Source: Callorhinchus milii
Lineage: Eukaryota
Assembly: GCF_018977255.1 (NCBI RefSeq)
Contig: NW_024704767.1
Coordinates: 1 to 64,000 of the forward strand
DNA length: 64,000 nt
Direction of reading: 5' to 3'
Shown here piece by piece: positions 9,501-20,200 of the stretch. Numbering within the stretch: the stretch's first letter is position 1; every line of letters begins with the position of its first letter. The translations under genes and the position numbers were made by a program. A model generated the notes under the pieces. That model did not search any database. It had not been told where the DNA came from and saw only the letters and a list, made by a program, of their open reading frames with translations.

Positions 9501-12087
9501 GAGTGTGTGTGAAAATAATAAGAATTCAAAACAATTCAAACCCCCCCCCCCTCCCTATGTCAAAAAGTCCCAAAATCAGCAGACGAGCAGAGGTTCGATT
9601 TTCCTTGATAATTCCTGACTGCTCATGAACACTTCCCTCTTCCTCTGGACCTCACCTTCTCCTCAGCGTCTGATGTACAGAGGATCTTCACAGCCCAGTA
9701 ACAGAGGGAATCCTCAGAACTTGTAGTAGTCAGAGACTTCAAGGAGAATCTCTCTATGTAAAGAAAAAAAAGGAAACACATTGATACGCCTGCTATATTT
9801 TCGAACGTGATTTTGTCATCTTTCTCCCCTCCCACTTGGGTGCCCAGTCAATTATATGAAGCGTTTTCAGATGTCCTCCTGACGCTAAATGAACGATGAA
9901 CACTTCATACTTAACAGCGAAACACTGCAATGTTTAGCGAGAGGTACTTACCGCACAATAATGTTCCAGATGCCTGCTGAGGAGCCCGGGACAGCGAGCT
10001 CTGGGTCTGAATGTAAACCTTGCCCTCGGAGATATGAACCTCATAAACCTGGTTCTGTTTGGAGAAGTACAAGTTTACAATGATGCTTTGATTTCCCCCA
10101 CCACCACACGCACTTAATTCTGAAGTCAACCCTGTCACCCATTAGACTCCCCTAAGTAAGTTTACATGGTGTTCTGTGCAATGCTGATATTACATTAAAC
10201 AGCACCCCCTACAGTGTAATGGACCAATAGAGCTCTGACAGTGCCCTGTGCAAACTAACACAAAAGCGATCTAATGCAGCTAACAAGAAGGTCTCACCGC
10301 GGTCTCAGTTTTGGTTGGTATTATAAGAATAATAAGTTTTGCTTTGTTAGTTCACCTGGAAACCTGTAGAGGAATGCCCGTCCTCCAAGCAGAAGTCAAA
10401 CTGATGCCAGGGACAAATTAATGCCAGCTTCCCTGTGCCCATGTCCTCAACATCTCCCAGTTCAAGAGGTCCCCCTGGAAAGAGCAGAGCAGAGATTCTT
10501 CTCTCAGTTACTGGTGAACACAGAGCACATTTACCTCAGTGGTCATGCTCCTGAGTTTAGCATATTGGTCACTTGCTCGCTTTGTAAATAACTATAGCAA
10601 TACCAAATTAAAAATCAATCATGTTTACTGCTGGCCCTAATATGTTCTGACATGGATGACCTGGAGATTTCAAAATAACTACGGTTCCCAGACCACATAA
10701 GCCAATGAGACATTCATTGTCACACTGCAATTCATGGGACTCTTCCCACTCAGCTCCTGTTCACCCTGCAAGCTAAAGCCCTAACATTTAGGGTGGTCCG
10801 AGCTCGACAAGCAGGTGGGAAAGCTTGCCAGACTCTCTATGTCAAGCTATGTGGTTTCAGTTGGTTAGATTCCAGCAGTTACACGAACGCACACTCTGGG
10901 GTCCCCAAGCTTTGGCTCTTGCCAACCTGTGCCTAATACTTTCTGAAATTTGGTAAGCAGGACAAGTCCCTTCAGGGAAAGAGGGCGCATTCCATTCCAA
11001 TAAACATATCCAGAATTTCCACGTGTAGGTGGGATGCATGGAATTCTCAGCTTGGTTTGGATAGCCTTAAGCACAGTGATGGGTTTCTGAATGTGTCAAG
11101 ACACCCGGCCGACCAAAATAAATTGAATCACGATGAGCAGGTGGTGAATCGGCAACTATAACCGCGCTGCCTCCATCACTAGTGTGCCTGCAGTTCAGGA
11201 CAGATTGATAATTCAGTGGGACCCAAGTCGTGTCCCCGCATACAGCGACTCTCCAGCGACAAACGCCTACCTTCGTGCGGACAGGCAGAATCCATTGCAT
11301 AGAAACGATCATTGTTGGTGCGGACCAGGACGATGTGCTCGCCATCGTCAGAATACAGCCTGGAAAACAAGGGAGCTGCTACATCTCCTCCATGACAGTC
11401 ACCTTTGCCTCGTGAGATACACTGACCCCGGGGAGGGCTCGGATTTGAGCAGATAAGGCCCTCTCCTCAGACCGTGCCCCGTCCCCCACCACCACCTGTC
11501 CCATAACCAGCCTTCAGCCCCGCCTCATTGCCCTCCCCAACCCCACAGACCCACCTCCAGCTTTATTGCCACTTCCTAGTCCCATAGCCCCGCCTCCAGG
11601 CCAATAACTCCACCTCCATTGCCCCTCCCCCCAGAGCCCCATCTCCAGGCCAATAACTCCACCTCCATTGCCCCTCCCCCCAGAGCCCCATCTCCAGGCC
11701 AATAACTCCGCCTCCAACTCCATTGCCCCTCCCCCCATAGCCCCACCCCCAGGCCAATAACTCCACCTCCATTGCCCCTCCCCCGGAGCCCCACCCCCAG
11801 GCCAATAACTCCACCTCCATTGCCCCTCCCCCCGTAGCCCCGCCTCCAGGCAATAACTCCACTCCATTGCCCCTCCCCCGGAGCCCCGCCTCCAGGCCAA
11901 TAACTCCGCCTCCAACTCCATTGCCCCGCCCCTCTCTCAGCCCACGGCTCCCTCCCCCCCCCCCCCCTGTTTACTTGGTGCAGGGGGCGGGCAGGCTGTC
12001 CAGGCGCCCCGCGCACTGCCAGCCGGTGCCGCTCACCACCTCCCTCAGGGCGGACACCAGCTCCTCGGCGAAAACCCGCTCCGACAT
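6581..12087 (-). CDS. Uncharacterised Rieske [2Fe-2S] plus DUF455 ferritin-like (di-iron) fusion protein, 12 coding exons, about 434 aa
   Basis: Phase-consistent GT-AG exons 11975-12087 (GCCATG start), 11271-11359, 10356-10474, 9952-10054, 9656-9753, 9328-9477, 8948-9115, 8782-8851, 8288-8366, 7233-7386, 6762-6865 (1-nt deletion), 6581-6637 (TGA). Rieske motifs SACPHEGGPL and ICPWHQFDF; ferritin-like motifs HSLANIEQWAIDLSWD, EEAKH, HMVHEARGLD, DEITHV. Confidence 0.9.
7956..8039. repeat. Inverted repeat / hairpin with ~35-bp arms and a 13-nt loop in intron 9 of the Rieske-DUF455 gene
   Basis: ATTTCAGTGTTAAGGAATGTATATCCTTAATATTGA (7956-7991) pairs with TCAGTATTAAGGATATACATTCATCATACTGAAAT (8005-8039). 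Confidence 0.85.
10860..11122 (-). mobile_element. Unclassified ~250-bp dispersed repeat, copy 1
   Basis: Shares the core GCATCCCACCTACACGTGGAAAT and flanks with copies near 26470-26665, 54280-54435 and 56620-56870. Confidence 0.7.
11586..11930. repeat. Minisatellite, 7 copies of a ~49-bp unit
   Basis: Unit AGCCCCRYCYCCAGGCCAATAACTCCRCCTCCATTGCCCCTCCCCC.. starting near 11586, 11635, 11683, 11739, 11787, 11836 and 11882. Confidence 0.92.
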
Positions 12088-12202
12088 GGCGCCGGCTTCC
12101 GCTCCCCCGACATGCCGGAAGTGACGCGCGAAACCCCCCGGCCACGCGCCCACGTGGGTGGTGGGGTGGGGCGGGGGGGGGAGGCGGAGGGGGCGGGGCG
12201 TG
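12088..12202 (-). promoter_or_regulatory. CpG-island promoter of the Rieske-DUF455 gene (ETS-CRE composite, E-box, GC boxes)
   Basis: CCGGAAGTGACG at 12115-12126, CACGTG at 12151-12156, GGGGCGGGG boxes near 12167-12199, directly upstream of the ATG at 12087. Confidence 0.65.
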
Positions 12203-12276
12203 GGCTGTGATGGACAGGGTTGACAGTGGTGCCCAGAGGACCTGTCAATCTGCTCACTGCACTGGTTGACTCTGCA

Positions 12277-13040
12277 GCTCTGCTCCTGCACTGCTCTGCT
12301 CCTGCACTGCACTGCTCCTGTACTGCTCTGCTCTGCTCTACTCCTGCTCTGCTCTACTCCTGCTCTGCTCTACTCCTGCTCTGCTCCTGCTCTGCTCTAC
12401 TCCTGCTCTGCTCTACTCCTGCTCTGCTCTACTCCTGCTCTGCTCCTGCCTGCTCTACTCCTGCTCTGCTACTCCTGCTCTGCTCTACTCCTGCTCTGCT
12501 CTACTCCTGCTCTGCTCCTGCACTGCTCTGCTCCTGTACTGCTCTGCTCCTGCACTGCACTGCTCTGCTCTGCTCCTGCACTGCTCCTGCTCTGCTCTGC
12601 TCCTGCACTGCTCTACTCCTGCTCTGCTCTACTCCTGCTCTGCTCTACTCCTGCTCTGCTCTGCTCCTGCACTGCTCCTGCACTGCACTGCTCTGCTCCT
12701 GCACTGCTCCTGCTCTGCTCTGCTCCTGCTCTGCTCCTGCATTGCTCTACTCCTGCTCTGCTCTGCTCCTGCACTGCTCCGCTCCTGCTCTGCTCCTGTA
12801 CTGCTCTGCTCCTGCACTGCTCCTGCACTGCTCTGCTCCTGCACTGCTCTACTCCTGCTCTGCACCTGTACTGCTTTGCTCCTGCACTGCTCCTGCTCTG
12901 CTCCGCTCCTGCACTGCTCCTGTACTGCTCTGCTCCTGCACTGCTCCTGCACTGCTCTGCTCCTGCTCTGCTCCTGTACTGCTCCTGCACTGCTCCGCTC
13001 CTGCTCCACTCCTGCACTGCTCTGCTCCTGCTCTGCTCCG
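12277..13040. repeat. Compound microsatellite of CTGCT/CTGCA/CTACT/CTGTA/CTCCTG words, about 760 bp
   Basis: Directly visible; produces stop-free low-complexity ORFs in several frames. Confidence 0.95.
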
Positions 13041-13665
13041 CCAGCAGCCAAGGCTGGAGCCGTCTCGGTTCCTCAAACCCGGAATAGTCTCACGGGATGT
13101 TTCGAACGCGGGCAATTCTGTCGTCGGCCCCCAGCGTTCTTCGCCCCACGGCCCGCAGATTTCTTTCTTTTTTTTTTCGGGGGGGGCGGGGGGGGGAATG
13201 GACTTTCCATCGATCCGTGTTAATTGGATCGCTTTAGACAAATAATAATAAATATCAATAATAGTCCTCGCCTCTCATTGCAGCGCCTCGTCGAGGCCGT
13301 CTCAAAGCGCTTCGCGGGAGATACCGTAAGATAGATTTGACTTGTGGGATTTTGTGGGCGAAGGGCGACAGCACAATCACACACGGTAAATGAAAGCTCT
13401 TTGGCCTCGTCGCTACAGAAATAACTCCCCCCCCCCCCCCCCCACCACCACACCCCCTTCCTCCCCTCCCCACCACCACCCACCCACCACAGCATCGAGC
13501 TGCTTTTTTGGAATGAGTCGCAGCGTCCTGGCGTCTCTCATCCCAGAATCAAGCTTTGCATGGAACCTCCCGCTCTCTCCCCCCACACCCCCACCCAACA
13601 CCACCCCTTGCCCTCACCTGTTTCCTTCCCATTGAAATAATTCAGTTTCAGTCAAATAAATGCGT

Positions 13666-13671
13666 TTTATT
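13666..13671 (-). terminator. Putative CILP polyadenylation signal AATAAA
   Basis: TTTATT on +, about 530 nt past the CILP stop, at the end of an AT-rich 3'UTR-like stretch. Confidence 0.55.
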
Positions 13672-14204
13672 GTTATTTGAAAGAAAAAGGGGGAAAAAAA
13701 ACATAATGTAACATAATGACAGAAGCTTCACTGTTTACATTAATAGTACAAAATGTTATAATGACCAAAAATTCAAACGATTTGTGGATTCTTTACAAAG
13801 CGTACCTTCTTGACACTACATACTGATTGACCTAAATACACAATCTTCAAAAGCACATCGGTTCAAGGAGCAATTAAGCTACACATTGTACATAAGGGAT
13901 GTTTTAATATCAGGTTCAATACAACTCTGCAGGATGGAATATCATTTGAAAGGGAGAGAGGCTCAGTGCCTGTATATCTCCAAGAGATGGTGCCAAACTC
14001 CAAAGCTCTGGTTTCAAACGCTGAAGGACATAAATATTATTCCTATTTACACGTTTCAAGTAGAATAGAATGACATGAGACATGGAAGCTCAGTGGTTGG
14101 ACAGAATTGCATTTTCTTTTCGCACCACTGTTGGAGGGCAGTGCTAATACTGGCTAAAGCAATATCTGAAACCAACTGAATGTTTCACCTGCACGTCTCT
14201 TCTG

Positions 14205-17200
14205 TTACCCTTTCAGCTGCACTCGCTGCATTCTGAATCTATTATACAATAGATTGTGCCTTTGTTGCCTATCTCTTCTCCCTCGCCCCACCTTAAAGGG
14301 ACTCACGATGGACTGACCAGGAGGGTTCCGCATGGTCTGGAATGCGCTCCGCTGACCGAGCTGCCTCTCCTCGCAGTTGAAGGTCATGGCCACGCCTAGG
14401 CTGGATCTCATGACCCTGGAAGTGGTGTCGGAACTCCCATCGAAGCACCTGCCCAGCGCAATCTCCTTGGCTGTTCTTGGGTCCTGATCGGTCACCGTGT
14501 AGATGCCATAGTTGTGACCCAGAGGATCCAGAGGGGCCAACATGGTGAACTCATTGGTGTTATTGTTGACGGCCAGCGGGAGATGGTTGACCAGGTATTC
14601 TTGGAGCATGTTATTAACGTTTTCCCTGCGGCAACTGGCCTGAGGGATGATCTTCACCAAGGTCCGGTCGACCCGTTCTTGGTCGTAGAGAACGCCGCTG
14701 CATTTGAACTCCAAGCAGACCGTGGAGACGCCATGACGGTCCATATCCCTGGCACTGCGCACATCACGGATGCCGTAAAGCCTGCCCACTGTCCTGGGGT
14801 GTGTGCCCCCCATGTTGCGGGATCTCACCGTGATCTCCTTCGGCCCGACAAGTTTGACCTTCAAATAGCAAGCTCGGAACTCCAACGGTTTTGGCCACCA
14901 GGCGAGGTAGTCCTCCGTCCAGCTCATCGGGTCATCCTCATTGAAGGGTACGGTGTTATAGTCATACCCGTCTCCCTCGACTCTGTAGAATCGGAAGTGG
15001 GCAGCGCTGAAGAGCGCTTCTTCACATTCTTTCAACTTCTCGTAAGGGTAGATGGGGCCGTTCGTCTCCTCGGGCATATTCGCCCTGGGTTTGGCCACAT
15101 TGATCTTAAAGGCCGTCTTCTTTACCTTGGGATCTTCGTGATCCGAGCGTCTGTAGTGCAGCTTGTTCAGGTAGGGCTGAGGCACGCCAATGGAGTAGGG
15201 GTTCATCTTGGGGAAGGACTCCACGGCCTCGAGTTCCTCTCCTCCCAGCGTGGCCTTCACATAGGCCGAATAAGCATCCACCCGCTGATCATCACAGAAG
15301 GCGGGCACACAGGCCCCGTTGGAGCCAGTGATGACACTGTCAAAGCGGCCCCAGGCCCTGGGGTTGGAGGAGGAGCCGGCCATGGGCTCCATGTTGATGA
15401 GTGTCACCACGACTCCCTCAACTTGCTCGCTTGGCATAAAGCGATCGCCTCGAAACGCTCTGGCCTTCAGATAGCATCTCCTGCTCTCGGGGACGTCCAA
15501 GTTGAACAGCCTCCTCTCTCGGATCTCCATATTGCCGACCAGGAAGGTCCTCTCCTCTCGCTTGCCCCGCCGCTGGCTGACAAAGGTGAAGTCTCCTTCC
15601 TCGTCCCAGTAGCCCGTCTTGGGGTTGAGGGACCACAGCTTCATCCTCTTCAAGTGCTGAGGCATCTTGACCTGAGCCGAGTCCAGGAAGACCTTGACCT
15701 GCCCGGCATTGAGACTCTCGGTCGCGGACTCATCAGTAAAATCCACAGAAAACATGCCATAGCTCCTGAGTGGGAGAGCGGCTCCTTCCTCATCGATGAA
15801 GTTCAGGTCGCTCTGGGCTGCCGAAGCCAACGAGATGTCCCTGGGATCTAAGAAGGTCACGCTGGCCTGCACTTTTGCCACTGTAGATGTCTCCATTCTG
15901 TCTGTAGAAGGAGTTGGGAGGGATTTCCAACTCGGCTACGGGGTCCTGCCTTTCTGTGCCCCCCAGAGAGATGGTGTTGCTGATGGTACAATCCAAGGTG
16001 ACCGCAGGTTGCTTCCTTAGGAGTTTAATCTCGTGAAAGACTGCACCTCCTTTTTTGTTGAACGGCAGAACTTTGGTCGTGTTGACAAACTTCTGGTAGC
16101 GATCCACAAAGGTCAGCACCAGCCGATCAATATCCATGGGAACCTGGATGGAGAACGTGCCCTTGTATCCAGTCATGCTAATCCTTTTCCCATCCATGAA
16201 GAGATACCCGAACCTCATGGGCTCCCCGTTATCAGCTGCCAATGCCCTACCCCGGACAACTGCCTTGGTTTCAACGCACCTCTGACACCCACACCTGCTG
16301 ACGGCCTTGATGGGAAGCACGTGCCCACTGCATGCCACTGTCCTCTCTTCCAGTTCCACCGCCCCACAGCAGTAAGCAGTGGTATCTTTGCATTGCAGGC
16401 CCTGGTCTCTCTCTCCGGCACACGTGGTCACAGGGCATCTGCCCACGTCATAGTAAAAGGAGCGGGACTGGTTCTGGTAGCAATCGTAAGGAAGGCGAAT
16501 TAAGTAGCTCTCGGGTTTGGGATTACAGGACGGTGAATCTTGTGCTGGGGAAACAAGAACGTCTGTTATTAATCTTCAGATCTACACGTTTCAAACAAAT
16601 GGAGTCCCATAGTGTAGTGGCTTGCACTCTCGCCTCGCAAGCGAGAGGACCTGGGTTCAATTCCCGGGAAGAATTGACAAGAATTAGGCAAGTTCCAGTA
16701 CTACACACCTCTGTTTAACTAGCAATGAGTAGGAACCCGGTTGCTAGTGCTTTTCATGGTAATAATCCCTGCAAACAAACAAACCAAAAACAAACAAAAA
16801 AATGGTCACTCTATCCATGACTGTTTGTGGGACACAATCACCCACAAAATACAGTCAATTCGCAATTCACGCTACATCTCATTTTAGTAACCCAGTAAGT
16901 ATTACAGTACAGTTCCCAACCAATAAGAATTAATATATATTTAATTGAGGTACTTGGTGAAAGGCCAAGGCCCACAGTGCAATGAACCAGCAAGGTTGAA
17001 AATAGTAGCCTGAGTCAAAACATCAAGCGTGAGCTAAATGTTATTTCTGGTTTGCATGATAGATAATTCAGGCACTGGGGAGGTGCAATTGGCTTGCGCT
17101 CTCCTCTTTATTTTCAAGGATCAATTATTTTTAATGAAGTAGCTTTAGAACGACCAAAAAATAAGAAATACGCAGGTTCAAGTTAATTATTAAACCGTGT

Positions 17201-20200
17201 TAGATGATATTACTGCTCCATTACTGTAAATATAGTGAGCTTTTTTCAGCCTGGAGGAAAATGCCTGCACTACATATGCCCAGTTGGCGGCGCCCTCTAG
17301 CTTAGATCCCTAATATCATTGTTGGCTTGTGCAATGCATAATAACTTTTTTTTAAACAAAGTTCTCCCAGTATCTGTGATCCCTATCAACACGCACTGGC
17401 TAGGCTTTCACATGACTGCATGAGATAGGTATCCAAATATGATACCATCGTGGACCTCTCCTGAACCACTTTCTTCAAGAGAAGAAACTGTTAACAAGAA
17501 AAAAATGTTTCTTATGCTGAGATAATAATAATAATTTATTTGATATAGTGCCATATCGCGTTGTTAAGACATTTCAAAGTGCTGGACAGAATTTATCGTA
17601 AAGTGAACTGACTGTGATATTGGACGTGATTCCATTGTAGACTTTAATGCCTTAAAAAACAGAACTGCTTATCTCAACAAAAAGAGCAAATGGGTTTGCA
17701 GTCCTCTGTAATCAATAGAAGTGCTGTGTCCAGATGTACAATTACCTATTATAGTAAGACTCGCAGGCCAGGACTTGATAGAGCCAGCACTGTTGCTAGC
17801 TTTGCAGTAATACTGCCCTGTGTGTCTCATCTGCAGTTGCCTCAACACCAGCATACTGTCATATCTATATTTCTTGGAGTCCAGCAAGGAGCTATTGTGA
17901 TACCTGCAAAGAGACAAAACAAAGACTATTTAAAGGGGGAGAAATCTACCAAATTTAATCGGAAAGCAAACACGTTTAATGCAACTACCATTCACCTAAA
18001 ACACTCTGCCCTAAACAATCAGCACTCCTCCATTAAAGCAAAGACAGTAACAGATACTACAGAATGGACTGCTGTGTTGTTACATTTTATCAAAGAAACA
18101 CATATTGCAAATAATCCTTCTTATACAATATAATAACGTGCAATGTATGGTTACCAACTGCACACTGCTTGTAATCTACATTGTATCCGAGCAAGCATAT
18201 CCCTTTATTCTCATGAGAACATCACAACGTTTAATATCATTGAAAAGCAGACAGGTGATTCTGTGGTGTCTGTCTCAGCTGGCTACAGAGTGTGAATGGC
18301 ATAAGGTTGAGAGGATGGCGGTGCCTGGCTGGGATGGGTCACACAGGGCAAGGGGGGGAAGCAGAGTCGAAGTTAAAGACAAACTTAAAATAAAACTGTT
18401 CTCACCACAAGTACTTGTGTGGTGGAGGGTCACTCTGAACCTTGCAGCAGAAGGTTACGCTCTCCCCTTCACGCCTGGCTTTGCTCACAGGGTGTTTGGT
18501 GATGTACGGCTTGTCTGTGAGGCAAAGAAAAGCAAACCGCTCAAATGATTGCATCCTCAGTCTTCCTGAACATCTTTTACCCTTTCCCCTAATGTCAGTA
18601 ACTGTAAATATATAAAAACTGTACACTGTAAAGTGGATTGACTGTATGTTTTGTGGGCGAAACGAGGCAGTATTAGCGTGGATTGAGTGACCAAATTATT
18701 ATTTTTTTTTGAAGGGATTAAAGTAATATAGCCATCGGCTAACAACCGTGTTACTACTTACTGCTTAGTAAACAGAAGCGTGTGGAGTAAGGAAACTTGC
18801 CTAAGGTTTCGCCCAGCCTGGGAATCAAACCCTGGTCTTGCGAGGTGAGTGCTCTAACCACTAAGCTATGGGACTCCATTTGGCCAGTTGAGCGTCCCAA
18901 ATGCTGTCTTTGCTGCGATCAGCTAACTCAGCACAGCTTGAACCTGCTCTGCACTGTTCTGTGTGAGTCAGTACTTCACAGGGCATTGCCTTCACCAACA
19001 GTGGACCATAAGAGGAGTTTTCAACCAATTATGTTGAGACTAATTTCATCAAAAAAAACACATCTGAATACCTGCTCTCTTGAGTTTCACTTCTATGGTG
19101 AAGATTTTGTTGTCACTGCGACTGAGCGTGACAATCTCTGTCCTGTACTTTTCCTTCTTGATCTTGATGGTTGTCCTGCCGTCAGGACAGAGCCCTGGGA
19201 TCCGAAACTTCCCCTTGTCATCACAGGTCATGAGGAACTTATCCGTGTTGCCCTGGAGGTAGATGGTTGCTCTGGAGGCTGGAGCCCCATCTTGCAGGTG
19301 AACCGTCCCATAGAGGAGATAGTCCTCGCACATACACGCATCGCACTGCGCATTGGCATGACCCATGGGGCATCTCAACTCACATCCTGCAACAGAGCCC
19401 ACAAAAAGCACAGTCAATTCACTTTACAGTATATCCTGTGAAGCGTTTTGAGACGTTTCAACCACGTGATAAGTCGCTATATCAAATGCAAGAATTATTA
19501 TTAACATCAAATGAGCCAAAAGGGCTTTCTTTCTGCATCTGAATCTCTCTTCTGATCTTGTACTTAAAAAGATATTTGTTAATACAATGCTAAGGCACTG
19601 ATCTCCATTAGGTCAGTGTTGAGAGTGTTGGGCAGGTTTTTATCATGCTAAGCAAACATAGGTGTTTTGAAAATATGTGTTTGGCAAAATCCTCGAGAAT
19701 CATAAATAAAAGTCACTGGTCTACATTACAAACACAAGAAAGAGCAAAATGTGTTTTATGATTTTTATATTTATCGAATGAGATCAATTGATGCATTCAA
19801 GACTGCGTTCTGGACATGCACAATTAACTCGGGCAAACAGGCTTTACATTACCGTATGGTTGTTTGACATAAGGTTTCTCAACCCAGCTGGTGACGACAG
19901 GATTGTTGAATGGCTTGGGGGTCGGCAAAGCAATAGGGGGTAGAGGAACTTTGAGCAGAGAAGAAAGAGACAAAAATAGTCAGCGAACAGAGGAAAAGAA
20001 ACAGACTTGCTACGAAACTATGACCGTTAGAGGAACGGGTACATAATTGGTCATTATTGGAATGAACACTGATGTGTGTGGTTGCCCTCACCTCTAGTGA
20101 TGGATATCTCATTATTCTGACCCGCAGTGATAATTGTTTGGCAAAAAAAAAACATTGGCTAAATGTAGGCTGGTTAGAGAGAGACAAGATTGGAGTTTAT

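Noticed and set aside
11586-11930. CRISPR-like array
   Set aside because: Units are contiguous tandem repeats with no unique spacers, inside a eukaryotic intron
6581-12087. Recent bacterial transfer or contamination of the DUF455 gene
   Set aside because: It has eleven spliceosomal introns containing host repeats and a vertebrate CpG-island promoter
12220-13245. Long Cys/Leu/Ser- or Gln/Glu-rich ORFs of 130-341 aa
   Set aside because: They arise from the stop-free microsatellite, are open in several frames on both strands and have no domain signature
14514-15851. 445-aa plus-strand ORF
   Set aside because: Antisense shadow of the GC3-rich CILP exon with no recognisable motifs
15860-15896. 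Programmed ribosomal frameshift in CILP
   Set aside because: No slippery heptamer, orthologues are continuous, and the same homopolymer error type recurs nearby
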